DNA of 64,000 nucleotides from Trueperaceae bacterium (GCA_034520945.1 JAXHNB010000006.1:160001-224000), one strand, 5' to 3'. Shown: positions 20,411 through 30,312, counted from the stretch's first letter. Notes: a model not told the origin generated them from the sequence alone. A program made the numbers and translations.

Positions 20411-21387
20411 GGCGCGCCCCGCGGGTGCTGTGCGTCGGGCTCAGCTGCCTCGACATGGTGTGGGAGGTGGCGCACTTCCCGCCGCGCGCCTCGCGCACGC
20501 CCGCCCGGACGCACGCCCGCCGCGGCGGTGGGCCCGCCGCCACCGCGGCGGTGGCGGCCGCCCGCTACGGGGCGGAGGTCGCGCTGTGGGCGGTCCACGG
20601 CGATGACGAGGCCGGGCCCGAGTTGGATCACGCCCTGCGCGCCGAGGCGGTCGACACCCGGTGGGTGCGGGTCCCGCCGGGCGCGCGCAGTTTCGTCAGC
20701 GCCGTGCTGGTCGCACCGGACGGCGAGCGGTGGATCTTCCCCTACCGCGGAGAGGGACTCAATGATGATCCCGACTGGTGGCCGCTGCCGCAGGTGGCGG
20801 AGGTGGACGCGCTCCTCACCGACCTGCGCCACCCGCGCTTGGCGCGCGCCGCGCTCCTTGCCGCGCGCGAGGCGAACGTGCCCACCGTCGTCGACCTGGG
20901 GCGGGCCGAGGACGCCACGGAGGCCATGACGGCCGATCACGTGGTGGCGGCGCGCGAGGCCGCCGAACGCATCGGGCGGGACGCGGCCGCCCCGCAGCCC
21001 CTGCTGACGCCGGAGGGCGCCCTGGACGTGGCGGCCGCCGCGGAGGCCCTGGCGCGCCTACGCACGCGACCGGCGCAGTGGGTCGCCATCACCCTGGGCG
21101 CCGCCGGCGTGATTTACGACGCAGGGGACGGCCCCCGGCACCTCCCGGCCCCCCGCGCCCAGGTCCACGACACCACCGGCGCCGGCGACGTGTTCCACGG
21201 CGTGTGGGCCGCGGCGGTCGCCAGCGGCGCGCCGGCGGACGTGGTGGCGCGTCACGCCAGCTACGCCGCGGCGGCGTCCTGCCAGGGCCCCGGCCGGTCG
21301 CGCATCCCAGGTGGCGACGAGGTGCGCCACGCAGTCGTGCCGGCACCGAGCGCGCTCGCCCCCGCCGACCCGAAAGGAGCCCCGTGA
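20407..21387 (+). CDS. PfkB-family carbohydrate kinase (YihV/sulfofructose-kinase-like)
   Basis: VLCVGLSCLD, GGGPAATAAVAAARYG, DGERWI, ITLGAAG, DTTGAGDVFHG. ATGA overlap with the upstream gene. Confidence 0.85.
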   Translation: MRRAPRVLCVGLSCLDMVWEVAHFPPRASRTPARTHARRGGGPAATAAVAAARYGAEVALWAVHGDDEAGPELDHALRAEAVDTRWVRVPPGARSFVSAVLVAPDGERWIFPYRGEGLNDDPDWWPLPQVAEVDALLTDLRHPRLARAALLAAREANVPTVVDLGRAEDATEAMTADHVVAAREAAERIGRDAAAPQPLLTPEGALDVAAAAEALARLRTRPAQWVAITLGAAGVIYDAGDGPRHLPAPRAQVHDTTGAGDVFHGVWAAAVASGAPADVVARHASYAAAASCQGPGRSRIPGGDEVRHAVVPAPSALAPADPKGAP

Positions 21388-22460
21388 CCCGACCCCTGTC
21401 CGCCGGAAAGCTGCGCGGCCTGGCCCGCATGGCCGGCCCCGACGGCCGCTTCCGCATGGTGGCGGTCGACCCGCGCCCGCCGTTGTTCGCCGCGCTGGCC
21501 CGCGCCCGCGGCGTGTCCGAGGACGCCCTCGACCATTTTGAGATCGCCGAAGCCAAGGCGCTGCTGGTGCGCACCCTGGCGGAGGACGCCAGCGCCATGC
21601 TTCTGGACCCCACCTGGGCGCATCCCGCCGCCCTGCTCGACCTGCCGGGCGCGACCGGCCTGCTGTCCACCCTGGAGTCGCACGCGTTCGAACGGGTCGA
21701 CGGCGAGCGCCGTTCCCGCCCCATCGAGGGCTGGAGTGTCGCGAAGGCGCGCCGCTGCGGCGCCGACGCCGTCAAGGTGCTGGTGTGGGACCGGCCCGAC
21801 GCCCATGAGGCCACGCGGGCGCACCAGGACGACTTCGTCCGCGCCGCCGGCGACGCCTGCCGCCGGCACGACCTTCCCTTCGTCCTCGAGATCCTGGAAT
21901 ACCCCCGCCCCGAGGAGGACCCCCGCGACCCGGCGTTCCTGGCCGGCAAGCCGGACCGGGTGACGGCGTCGCTGGCGCACTACGCCGATCCCGCCTTCGG
22001 CGTCGACCTGTTCAAGGTGCAACTCCCCGTCGACCTGGCGCACGTGGAGGGGTTCGATGGCGACCGCCTGGACGGCGCCACCGGCGAGCCGATCTGGCGC
22101 GCCGAGGAGGCCCGCGCCTGGGTCGCCCGCATGGACGAGCTCTCGCCCGTGCCGTGGGTGCTGCTGTCGGCCGGCGTGGGGCCCCGCACCTTCGAGGCCG
22201 GACTGCGCCTGGCGCTGGAGGCGGGCGCCAGCGGGTTCCTGGCGGGCCGGGCCGTGTGGCTGGACGCCCTGGCGGCTTGGCCCGACCGCGACGCGGTGAC
22301 GGCGGCGCTGCGCGCCGGCTCGGGCCCGTACCTTCGGTCCATCGGCGTCCTGGCCGAAGCCGGCGTCCCCTGGTTCGATCATCCCCGCTTCGGTGGCGAC
22401 CCCCGGCTGGCCGACGCGGGGCCCGGTTGGGCGCAGGCGTACGGGGAGGACCCCGGGTGA
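21384..22460 (+). CDS. Class I tagatose-1,6-bisphosphate aldolase family (LacD/YihT-like)
   Basis: LSAGKLRGL, ASAMLLDP, GADAVKVL, PFVLE, GVDLFKV (Schiff-base Lys), PWVLLSAGV, GASGFLAGRAVW. Confidence 0.88.
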   Translation: MTRPLSAGKLRGLARMAGPDGRFRMVAVDPRPPLFAALARARGVSEDALDHFEIAEAKALLVRTLAEDASAMLLDPTWAHPAALLDLPGATGLLSTLESHAFERVDGERRSRPIEGWSVAKARRCGADAVKVLVWDRPDAHEATRAHQDDFVRAAGDACRRHDLPFVLEILEYPRPEEDPRDPAFLAGKPDRVTASLAHYADPAFGVDLFKVQLPVDLAHVEGFDGDRLDGATGEPIWRAEEARAWVARMDELSPVPWVLLSAGVGPRTFEAGLRLALEAGASGFLAGRAVWLDALAAWPDRDAVTAALRAGSGPYLRSIGVLAEAGVPWFDHPRFGGDPRLADAGPGWAQAYGEDPG

Positions 22461-23500
22461 GCGGCACGCGGGGCGTGGCGATCGTCGGCGCGGGCGACAT
22501 GGGCGCCAAGCACGCCCTGCACTGGGCCGCCACGGGTGCCGAGATCCGGGCCGTGTACGATCCCGAAGCCCAGCGGGCGCAGGCGTTGGCCGCGCGGACG
22601 GGCGCACGGGTGGCGGACAGCGCCGAGACCGCCCTGCAGACGCCCGGCGTGGAGGTGGCGTCCATCTGCACGCCGACCTCGCTGCACGCGCCGCTCACCA
22701 TCGCGGCGCTGGAGGCGGGCCGCGACGTGCTGTGCGAGAAGCCCGTCGCCCTGACCCTCGCCGACGCCGAGGCGATGGCGGCCGCCGAACGGCGCGCGGG
22801 GCGCCGCCTGCGCATCGGCTTCATGCGGCGCTTCGACCCGCTGTGGCGCCGGGTGGAGGCGTTCCGCGACGAGCTCGCAGATCCCCTGCTGGCGCAGGCC
22901 ACGCTGGCGGCGGGCGTTCGGCCCAAGACGCTGATGCACGACGCGCGCGTCAACGGCGGGCCGGTGATCGACATGGCCTGCCACCTGTTCGACCGCTGGG
23001 AGCGGTTGTTCGGCGGGCCGCCCCTCGAGGTCGCCGCGCACGGCCACACCTTCGGCGCGGACCGCGCCGAGCTGGCCACCGTCGCCCACAAGGCGCTCGA
23101 CACCGTTCAGGTGACGCTGCGCTACCCGCGGGGCGGCGTGGGGCAGTTCCAACTGTCGTGGGGCCTTCCGCGCGGCGTGCCGCACCATGAGCGGCACACC
23201 TACCTGGCGCCGGGCGGCATGATCGAGGTGGACGGCGCCACGGCGACGTGGATCACCGGCGACGGTCCGCTGCGGTGGGGCCCGGGGCACGAGGATCCCT
23301 GGGGCTTGCAGATTCAGGCGTTCGCGCGCGAACTCGACGGCGCCGGCCCGCAAGGATTGGCGGACGTGGAGGACGGCATTCGGGCGCTCCGCGCATCGCT
23401 GGCGGTGCTGGCCGCGGCGGCGTCCGGCCGGCCCGTGGCGCCCGACGCCCCCGACCTCGACGCCGCCACCGCGCCGGCCGCCGCGGGGGGAACGCCGTGA
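22457..23500 (+). CDS. Gfo/Idh/MocA-family NAD(P)-dependent oxidoreductase
   Basis: AIVGAG, ICTPTSLH, VLCEKP, GFMRRF, GGPVIDMACH. Confidence 0.9.
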   Translation: MSGTRGVAIVGAGDMGAKHALHWAATGAEIRAVYDPEAQRAQALAARTGARVADSAETALQTPGVEVASICTPTSLHAPLTIAALEAGRDVLCEKPVALTLADAEAMAAAERRAGRRLRIGFMRRFDPLWRRVEAFRDELADPLLAQATLAAGVRPKTLMHDARVNGGPVIDMACHLFDRWERLFGGPPLEVAAHGHTFGADRAELATVAHKALDTVQVTLRYPRGGVGQFQLSWGLPRGVPHHERHTYLAPGGMIEVDGATATWITGDGPLRWGPGHEDPWGLQIQAFARELDGAGPQGLADVEDGIRALRASLAVLAAAASGRPVAPDAPDLDAATAPAAAGGTP

Positions 23501-24513
23501 ACGCGGCGCGGGTCGCCCTGATCGGCGCGGGACGCTGGGCCCGAGCGCACCGCGACGCGCTGCACGCCCTGGGGATGGCGCCCGCCGCCGTGCTCACCTC
23601 GCGGCCGGAGACGGCGGCGCGCGTCCGGGACGAATGGGACGCCTTCGCCACGCACGAGCTGGACGCCTTCCTGGACGTGCCCAGCGACGCCGTGATCATC
23701 GCCAGCCCCAACCACCTGCACGTGCCGCACGCCCTGGCGTGCTTGCACGCGGATCGGCACGTGCTGGTCGAAAAGCCGCTGGCGCTGGATTTGGCCGGCG
23801 CGGACGAGGTGCGCGCCGCCGCGCAGGCCGCCGGCCGGGTGCTGGCCGTCGGGCACGAGATGCGCGTGTTCTCGCTGGCGGAGGAGGCCCGCCGCGTGCT
23901 GCACGAAGGTTGGCTGGGCGCGCCACGGCAGCTGGGCCTCGACCTGTGGCGCCGGCCGTACCGCGGGGGCGCCAGCGGCTGGAAGGCCGACCCCGCCAAG
24001 GTCGGCAGCACCATCCTGGAGGAGCCGATCCACTACCTGGACCTGGCGCGCTGGCTGCTGGGCGACCCGTCCTGGCTGCACGCGTTCGCGACCAGCCGCG
24101 CGGGGCACGAGGGGACGTACGAGAACCTGAGCGTGCACCTGGGGTTCGGCGCGGAGGTGCAGGCCGCCGTCACCCGCTCGATCGCGGCCTGGGGGCACGA
24201 GGTGGACCTGCGCCTGGTCGGAGACGAGGGCACCTTCCGGGCGGTGTGGCGCGGGCGGATGGACGCGGACGACGCCCCGGAGGTGCGCGCCTGGCTGCAC
24301 GACCCGGGCGACCGGGACGCACTGCCGGCCCCGCATCCGATTCGGGAGGCCAGCGGGCACGCCTTCGACCTGCCGCGGCAGATGGCGGCCTTCCTGGCGG
24401 CCGTGGCGGGCGAGGGACCGCCGCCCGCGGACGGCCGCGACGGACGCGAGGCGGTGCGGTTGTGCCTGGAGGCTGAACGCTCGGTACGCGAGGGACGCCT
24501 GGAGCTGGCGTAG
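23497..24513 (+). CDS. Gfo/Idh/MocA-family NAD(P)-dependent oxidoreductase
   Basis: ALIGAG, IASPNHLH, HVLVEKP, GHEMR, EEPIHYLDL. Confidence 0.9.
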   Translation: MNAARVALIGAGRWARAHRDALHALGMAPAAVLTSRPETAARVRDEWDAFATHELDAFLDVPSDAVIIASPNHLHVPHALACLHADRHVLVEKPLALDLAGADEVRAAAQAAGRVLAVGHEMRVFSLAEEARRVLHEGWLGAPRQLGLDLWRRPYRGGASGWKADPAKVGSTILEEPIHYLDLARWLLGDPSWLHAFATSRAGHEGTYENLSVHLGFGAEVQAAVTRSIAAWGHEVDLRLVGDEGTFRAVWRGRMDADDAPEVRAWLHDPGDRDALPAPHPIREASGHAFDLPRQMAAFLAAVAGEGPPPADGRDGREAVRLCLEAERSVREGRLELA

Positions 24514-24550
24514 GCTTCGCGGCGCGGCCCACGCCGGGCGCCGGCCCGCC

Positions 24551-26773
24551 TCAGCCCGTCCCCCCGCCGGCGCCCCCTCGACCCAGCCCGGCCGCGCCCC
24601 CCGCCACCACGAGGTACCCAGCCGCGGCGACGTGCAGGGCCGCGTCGAACCCGGCCAGGTGCGCCAGCGCCACCGCCGCGGTGCCGCCGGTGAGGGAACC
24701 GAGCCCGTTGGCGGCCCATGCCCGCGCCACCGCGGCGGCGCCCATGTGGCCCACGCGGCGCAACAGCAACGGAAACGGCGCGCCCAGCGCCACGCCCAAC
24801 GGCGCGAGGGTGGCGGCCGTCACGGCGGCGCGGGCCGCGAACGGGGCGGCCTGGGCGACGCCCGCCACCGCCGGCCACGCCCAAGTCCAGGCCAGCGCCG
24901 CCCCGCCCGCCACCACCGCCGCGCCCGCCACCGCCGGCCAGGCGTCCCGGTAGCGGCGCGCCAGGCCCGCCCCGAGCCCGCCGCCCGCCAGCAGCGCGCC
25001 CAGCGTGACGGCCAAGGCCGCCGCCGGATGCCCGAGCAGCAGCTGCGCCCGCGACAACGCCGCGACCTCCAGCGCCAGGAAGGCGACGCCCAGCACGCCG
25101 GCCAGCACGCTCGCGCGCCGCGCGCCGGGCGGCCCGCCGCGCACGCCGGCCCAAAGCAGGAACGCCCCGACGAGGATCGCCGCGCCCAGCACGCCCAGCA
25201 GCCGCCGCAGCACCGGCGGCACGCCGGGGCTGAACGACCAGAAGAACGGCGCATCGTCCCGGGTGGGGAAGAGGTCCACCCCCTGCGAGGCGGCCAGCAC
25301 GCTCCGCATCGGCCGTGTGCCCGCCGCCACCTCGTCCAGCGGGGGGCGTTCCAGCAACCCGGGGAGGTGCAGCAGCGACAGCCCGGCCGCCTCCGCGGCG
25401 CGGGCCACCGCCACCACCCGCGCGCGGGGCGGCGCCTCGGCGAAGGCCAGCAGCAACGGCGTCGGCGGCGCGGTGCCGCCGTCCAGCACAATGATCACGT
25501 GCGCCAGGGCGTCCGCGTCGCTGAGCCCCCGTTCCCTCGACGCCGCCATGACGGTGGCCAGGGCGCGGGTGAGGGTGGCCTCGTCGTACAGTTCGAAGGC
25601 CACCGCGCCGCCGGGCGCCAACCGGGACAGGTAGCCTCGGACCGCCTCCACGGTGTAGATGCCGTTCTCGGTGAGCGCCAGCCGGCGCGCCTCGCTGGTG
25701 CGCGTCACCGCCTGCGACAGCGCGATCAGGTCGAACGGCCCCTCGGCGCGGCGCAGCACGCTGCGCGCCTCGTCGCGGTGCCAACGCACCCGCGGGTCCG
25801 CGAACGGATCCGTGGCGCCGAACGTGGCGCGGCGTGCCAACGCCAGCGCGCCCCCGTTCACCTCGGCGGCGACGACCCGTTCGGCGCCGGTCTCCAGGGC
25901 GTGGGCCACCTCGAGGCCGGCGCCGGCCCCCACCACGAACACCCGTTCCGGCCGCAGCGCCTCGAACGGGAAGCGTCCCAGGTCGCCCCGCCACAGCGTG
26001 CCCCGGTCCTCGGTCGGGACCAGCGAGCCGGCGCCGCCGTCCAGGTACACGATCTCGGCGCCGTCGGCGCGGCGCAGGCGTTCGCTGAGGCCCAGCGTGC
26101 CCCAGGCCGCGTCCAGCACGCGTCCGCCGCGGGCCAGCTCGCGCGGGAGGGACTTGTCGTCCAGCCCCTGCGCGGCGCTGGCGGCCGGCCAGGGCGTGAG
26201 GGTCGACGTCACCACGAGTGCCGCCGTCAGGGCCGTGACCGCCTGCACCGCGGCGGCGCGGCGTCCCGCCAGCACCGAGCCGCCGGCCGCCACCGCCAGC
26301 CCGGACACCAGCGCAGCCGTGGGGGCGCCCAGCACGCCCAGCAGCGGCAGCGAGGCGGCGGCGCCCGCCGCCGCCCCCCACAGGTCGGCGCGGTACAGGC
26401 GCGGCGCGTGCGACGCGCCCACGGCGAACACCGCCGCGGCCGCCAAGCCCAGCGCCGCGAAGCCGGGCAGCGAGGCGGCCAGGGTCAGCGGCATGCCCAG
26501 GCGGCCGCCGAACGCCAGTGCCACCAGCGAGCCCGCATGGATCAGCAGGCCGGCGGCGGCCGCGGCACGCGCGGCGCCCGTTCGCGTCAACCAGCGCGGC
26601 CGGGCCGCGCCGACCGCGGCGCCGAGCGACACCCCGCCGACCGCCAACGACACCACCAGGAAGGCGCCGTCGCCGAAGAACAGCAGCCCCGCGATGCGGG
26701 TCCACGCCAGCTCGCTCAGGAGGCCGCCGCCGGCCAGCAGAAACGCGGCGAGGGGCAGGGGGCGGCCGGGCAC
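24551..26773 (-). CDS. Multi-TM membrane protein with central SAM-dependent spermidine-synthase-like domain
   Basis: ELAWTR, LYRADLWGAAAG, SAM-binding VFVVGAGAGLE...VVAAEVN...DEARS...FDLI, YTVE, PTRDDAPFF, AWAANGLGS. Start GTG 26773, 2 nt after the upstream permease stop. Confidence 0.8.
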   Translation of the reverse strand: MPGRPLPLAAFLLAGGGLLSELAWTRIAGLLFFGDGAFLVVSLAVGGVSLGAAVGAARPRWLTRTGAARAAAAAGLLIHAGSLVALAFGGRLGMPLTLAASLPGFAALGLAAAAVFAVGASHAPRLYRADLWGAAAGAAASLPLLGVLGAPTAALVSGLAVAAGGSVLAGRRAAAVQAVTALTAALVVTSTLTPWPAASAAQGLDDKSLPRELARGGRVLDAAWGTLGLSERLRRADGAEIVYLDGGAGSLVPTEDRGTLWRGDLGRFPFEALRPERVFVVGAGAGLEVAHALETGAERVVAAEVNGGALALARRATFGATDPFADPRVRWHRDEARSVLRRAEGPFDLIALSQAVTRTSEARRLALTENGIYTVEAVRGYLSRLAPGGAVAFELYDEATLTRALATVMAASRERGLSDADALAHVIIVLDGGTAPPTPLLLAFAEAPPRARVVAVARAAEAAGLSLLHLPGLLERPPLDEVAAGTRPMRSVLAASQGVDLFPTRDDAPFFWSFSPGVPPVLRRLLGVLGAAILVGAFLLWAGVRGGPPGARRASVLAGVLGVAFLALEVAALSRAQLLLGHPAAALAVTLGALLAGGGLGAGLARRYRDAWPAVAGAAVVAGGAALAWTWAWPAVAGVAQAAPFAARAAVTAATLAPLGVALGAPFPLLLRRVGHMGAAAVARAWAANGLGSLTGGTAAVALAHLAGFDAALHVAAAGYLVVAGGAAGLGRGGAGGGTG

Positions 26774-26775
26774 CC

Positions 26776-27657
26776 TCAGCGTTCCGCGCTGCGGGGGTCC
26801 AACAGGTCGCGCAGGCCGTCGCCGAGGAAGTTGAACCCCATCACGGAGACCATGATCGCCAGGCCGGGGAAGATCCCCATCCACGGCGCTTGCCGCAGGA
26901 AGGCGCGCCCCTCGGCGAGCATGCGGCCCCAGCTGGGTTCGGGGGGTTGCGTGCCCAGCCCGAAGAAGGACAGGGCGGCCTCCGCGAGGATGGCGAACGC
27001 CAAGCTGAGCGACGTCTGCACGATGATCGGCCCCAGCGCGTTCGGCAGCACGTGCCGCGCCATGATGGCGGCGCGCCCGCGGCCCAAGGCGCGCGCCGCG
27101 ACCACGAACTCGCGCCCGCGCACGCTGATCACGGCGCCCCGGGTGACGCGCGCGAAGATGGGGACGTACACGATCGCGATGGCGATCATGGCGTTGCCCA
27201 CGCCACGCCCCAGGATCGCCATCACCGTGATGGCCAGCAGGACCGCGGGGAACGCGAACAGGATGTCCATCACGCGCATGATGACCTCGTCCAGCCATCC
27301 GCCGAGGAAGCCCGCCGCCAGGCCGAGGACCACGCCGATGGAGCCGCTGATGCCGACGGCGATGAACGCCACCTGGAACGAGATCCGCGCCCCGTACAGA
27401 ACGCGTGAGAAGATGTCGCGCCCGAACTCGTCGGTGCCGAAGGGGTGCGTGAGGCTGGGCGCGACGAATCGGGCGGCGAAGTCCATGCCGAGGGGATCGA
27501 ACGGGGCGAGCACGCGGCCGAACACCGCCACCACCGCCAGCACGAACACGATGCCGGCGCCGGTCATGGCCAGGCGGTGCCGCGCGAAGCGCCGCAGGAA
27601 GTCGACCAAGGGGCCGGGCCGCTGGCGGATCGTCTGGCGGGCGGTGCTGCTGGCCAT
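26776..27657 (-). CDS. Peptide/nickel-type ABC transporter permease (DppC/OppC-like)
   Basis: HPFGTDEFGRD, EFVVAARALG, HVLPN, EAALSFFGLG, PSWG, GDGLRDLLDPR. Confidence 0.93.
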   Translation of the reverse strand: MASSTARQTIRQRPGPLVDFLRRFARHRLAMTGAGIVFVLAVVAVFGRVLAPFDPLGMDFAARFVAPSLTHPFGTDEFGRDIFSRVLYGARISFQVAFIAVGISGSIGVVLGLAAGFLGGWLDEVIMRVMDILFAFPAVLLAITVMAILGRGVGNAMIAIAIVYVPIFARVTRGAVISVRGREFVVAARALGRGRAAIMARHVLPNALGPIIVQTSLSLAFAILAEAALSFFGLGTQPPEPSWGRMLAEGRAFLRQAPWMGIFPGLAIMVSVMGFNFLGDGLRDLLDPRSAER

Positions 27658-27665
27658 CTCGCCTC

Positions 27666-28616
27666 CTAGGCGTAGTCCACGCTGGGGTCCAGCAGGACGT
27701 AGGACAGGTCGGTCAGCAGGTTGATCACCGTGAACGCAGTCGCGGTCATCAGCACCGCGGCCTGCAGCACGGGGTAGTCCCGCTGGAGGGTGGCGTTGAG
27801 CGCGAGCGACCCGAGGCCCGGCCAGGCGAAGATGATCTCGACCACCACCACGGCCGACAACAGCGTGGCCATCTGCAGCCCCACGATGGTGACGATGCTG
27901 ATCGCGGCGTTGCGCAGCACGTGCTTGCCGATCACCACGCGCGGCGGGACGCCCTTCGCCCGCGCCGTACGCACGTAGTCCTGACCCAGCACCTCCAGCA
28001 TGGCGCTACGCACGAAGCGCGTCATGATGGAGCCGCTGATCAGCCCGGCCGAGGTGGCGGGAAGGATCACGTGCGCCAGCCAGGGCACGAAGCCGGAGCG
28101 GATCGGTTCGTAGCCCGACGACGGCAGCCAGCCCAGGGTCTCGGCGAACAACAGGATCAACAGGATGCCCATCCAGAAGTCCGGCACCGACACGCCGACC
28201 TGGCTGACGACCGAGGCGGCCAGGTCGCGCTTGCCGCCCGGCTTGAACGCCGACACGATCCCGAGCGGCAGTGCGATCGCCAGGCCCAGCAGCAGCGCCA
28301 TGCCGGCCAGCGCCAGGGTGGCGGGCACGCGGCGGCGAATCTCTTCGCTGATGTTCTGGTCGGTGATCAGGCTTTCGCCGAAGTCGCCCCGCAGCACGAT
28401 CCCCCCGATCCAGTCGACGTACTGCGCCGGCAGGGGGCGGTCCAGGCCCAGCTGCGACTCCAGCGCCGCGATGCTCTCGGGCGTGGCCTGCACGCCCAGC
28501 CGCACCCGGGCAGGGCTGCCGGGGATGAGCGGGATGATCGAGAACACCACGATCGACACGCCGAACAGCACCAGCACCAGCGTCCCGAGGCGTTGCAGCA
28601 GGTAGCGGAGGCTCAC
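27666..28616 (-). CDS. Peptide/nickel-type ABC transporter permease (DppB/OppB-like)
   Basis: LGLDRPL, GDFGES, DYVRTARAKG, HVLRNA, FAWPGLG, RDYPVLQ. Confidence 0.93.
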   Translation of the reverse strand: MSLRYLLQRLGTLVLVLFGVSIVVFSIIPLIPGSPARVRLGVQATPESIAALESQLGLDRPLPAQYVDWIGGIVLRGDFGESLITDQNISEEIRRRVPATLALAGMALLLGLAIALPLGIVSAFKPGGKRDLAASVVSQVGVSVPDFWMGILLILLFAETLGWLPSSGYEPIRSGFVPWLAHVILPATSAGLISGSIMTRFVRSAMLEVLGQDYVRTARAKGVPPRVVIGKHVLRNAAISIVTIVGLQMATLLSAVVVVEIIFAWPGLGSLALNATLQRDYPVLQAAVLMTATAFTVINLLTDLSYVLLDPSVDYA

Positions 28617-28730
28617 CGGGTCCCTCCAGGCGTTGCGCCGTTCACGACGAGATGTTCACCACAAGATAGGGACGTGCGCGCGTGGCCCGCGCCGGGCCTC
28701 GCGCCGTGCCCGGGCTGCGCCGGGCCCGGG

Positions 28731-28782
28731 CCCGCCGGAGCGGCCCCCCCGGAGCGGCCCCCCGGGGGCACGCTCCGGCGGG
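28731..28782. terminator. GC-rich hairpin 3' of the substrate-binding gene, containing a 14-bp tandem duplication
   Basis: CCCGCCGGAGCG (28731-28742) pairs with CGCTCCGGCGGG (28771-28782). CCGGAGCGGCCCCC is repeated at 28735 and 28749. Confidence 0.5.
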
Positions 28783-28794
28783 GGACGGGGTGGC

Positions 28795-30312
28795 TCAGTC
28801 GAGCCAGGTGGTACGGAAGCGGATCGCCTGGTCGCTGCGGGCCTCGAAACCCTGGACCGCGGGGGCGTACGCCTGGATGTTGCCGGGGTTGTACAGGTAG
28901 ATGTAGGGCGCGTCGTCCACGATCTCCTGGTTGATCTCCTCGTAGATCTCGTAGCGGGCCTCGAACCCCTCGGTGCGGCGGCCCTCGTCCAGCAGTTCGT
29001 CGACGGTGGGGTTGCTGTAGCCGGTGAAGTTGAACACCTCGCCGGTCTTGTGCTGCGCGTAGTAGAAATCGTCGGGGTCGATCAGCGCGTTCCAGCTGCA
29101 GACGTAGGTGTCGTACTCGCCGGCGCCCTGGGTCTCGAGCCAGTCGGCCCACTCGCGGGTGTCGATCGACACCTGGATGCCGAGCGGCGCCAGGTGCGCC
29201 TGTAGGACCTGGGCAATGCGGATCGATTCCTCGTACTGCGTGGTCGGCATCACCGTCATCTCGAAGCCGTCGGCCACGCCGGCCTCGCTCAGGAGCTCTC
29301 GTGCGCGTTCGAGGTCCTGATCATAGGGCGTGTAGTCGAACGCCCAGGCGCTGGCCGAGGGGATGGGGTCCTGGGTAGGGACGCCGGTCCCGAATGTCGC
29401 CGCCTCGGTGATCTGGCCGCGGTCCAGGGCGTAGCTGATCGCCTGCCGGACGCGCACGTCGTTCAGCGGCTCGACCTCGGTGTTGACGCCGACGTACCAG
29501 TAGGCGGGGGCGGAAGTGCGGTCCACCACCACGTCGTCCCGCTCCTCCAGCTCTGGGAGGGCCTGCGTCGGGACCGAGATGGCCCAGTGCAGGTCGCCGG
29601 CCACCAGGCCGCTGCGACGCACGCTCTCGTCGGTGATGATCTGCAGCTCGATCGCGTCGAGGTAGGGCAGTTGCGTGCCGTCTTCGTCGGTGCGCCAGTA
29701 GTGCTCGTTGCGTTCCAGCCGCACCATCGACCCGGGTTGGTACTCCGCGATCACGAACGGGCCGGTGCCGATCGGCTCGGTGTTGATGGTGCCGTCCTCG
29801 ACCGACTCGCGCGCGATCATGCCGACCGACTTGTCGATGGCGAGGTGCCCCAGGAAGGCGGCGTTGGGGCTCTCCAGGATCAGCCGGACCGTGTGGTCGT
29901 CGACGACTTCGATCTCCTGCAACGGCTGGATCTTGTAGGCGTTGCCGCTGCCGGTGTCGGGGTCCAGCATCCGCTCGTAGGTGTACTTCACGTCCTCGGC
30001 CGTGAACGCGCGGCCGTTGCTGTAGCGCACGTCCTCGCGCAGCTCGAAGGTCCACACCGTGCCGTCGTCGCTGACCGACCAGTCGGTCGCCAGCGAGGGC
30101 ACCACGTTCTGCTCGTCGTCGAGCTCGACCAGGGTGTCCATCACGTTCTCGAGGACCTGGAAGCTGGAGTAGGCGCTGGTGACGTGCGGATCCAGCCCGA
30201 CGGGGTCCTGCGCCCAGGCCGCGGTCAGGGTGCCGCCGCGTTCCTGGGCCAGAGCGGCGCCGAGCGCCAGGGCCATCACGAGCGTGAGTAGGGGGGTCAG
30301 GATGCGTGTCAT
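28795..30312 (-). CDS. ABC transporter substrate-binding protein, family 5
   Basis: Signal peptide, GLDPH, LATDWSVSDDGTVWTFELR, PIGTGPF, VRQAISYALDR. Confidence 0.93.
   Translation of the reverse strand: MTRILTPLLTLVMALALGAALAQERGGTLTAAWAQDPVGLDPHVTSAYSSFQVLENVMDTLVELDDEQNVVPSLATDWSVSDDGTVWTFELREDVRYSNGRAFTAEDVKYTYERMLDPDTGSGNAYKIQPLQEIEVVDDHTVRLILESPNAAFLGHLAIDKSVGMIARESVEDGTINTEPIGTGPFVIAEYQPGSMVRLERNEHYWRTDEDGTQLPYLDAIELQIITDESVRRSGLVAGDLHWAISVPTQALPELEERDDVVVDRTSAPAYWYVGVNTEVEPLNDVRVRQAISYALDRGQITEAATFGTGVPTQDPIPSASAWAFDYTPYDQDLERARELLSEAGVADGFEMTVMPTTQYEESIRIAQVLQAHLAPLGIQVSIDTREWADWLETQGAGEYDTYVCSWNALIDPDDFYYAQHKTGEVFNFTGYSNPTVDELLDEGRRTEGFEARYEIYEEINQEIVDDAPYIYLYNPGNIQAYAPAVQGFEARSDQAIRFRTTWLD

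Noticed and set aside
24632..27724. 1030-aa plus-strand ORF and the many other Arg/Pro/Gly-rich ORFs across the window
   Set aside because: These are off-frame or antisense products of high GC content, overlapping well-supported genes.
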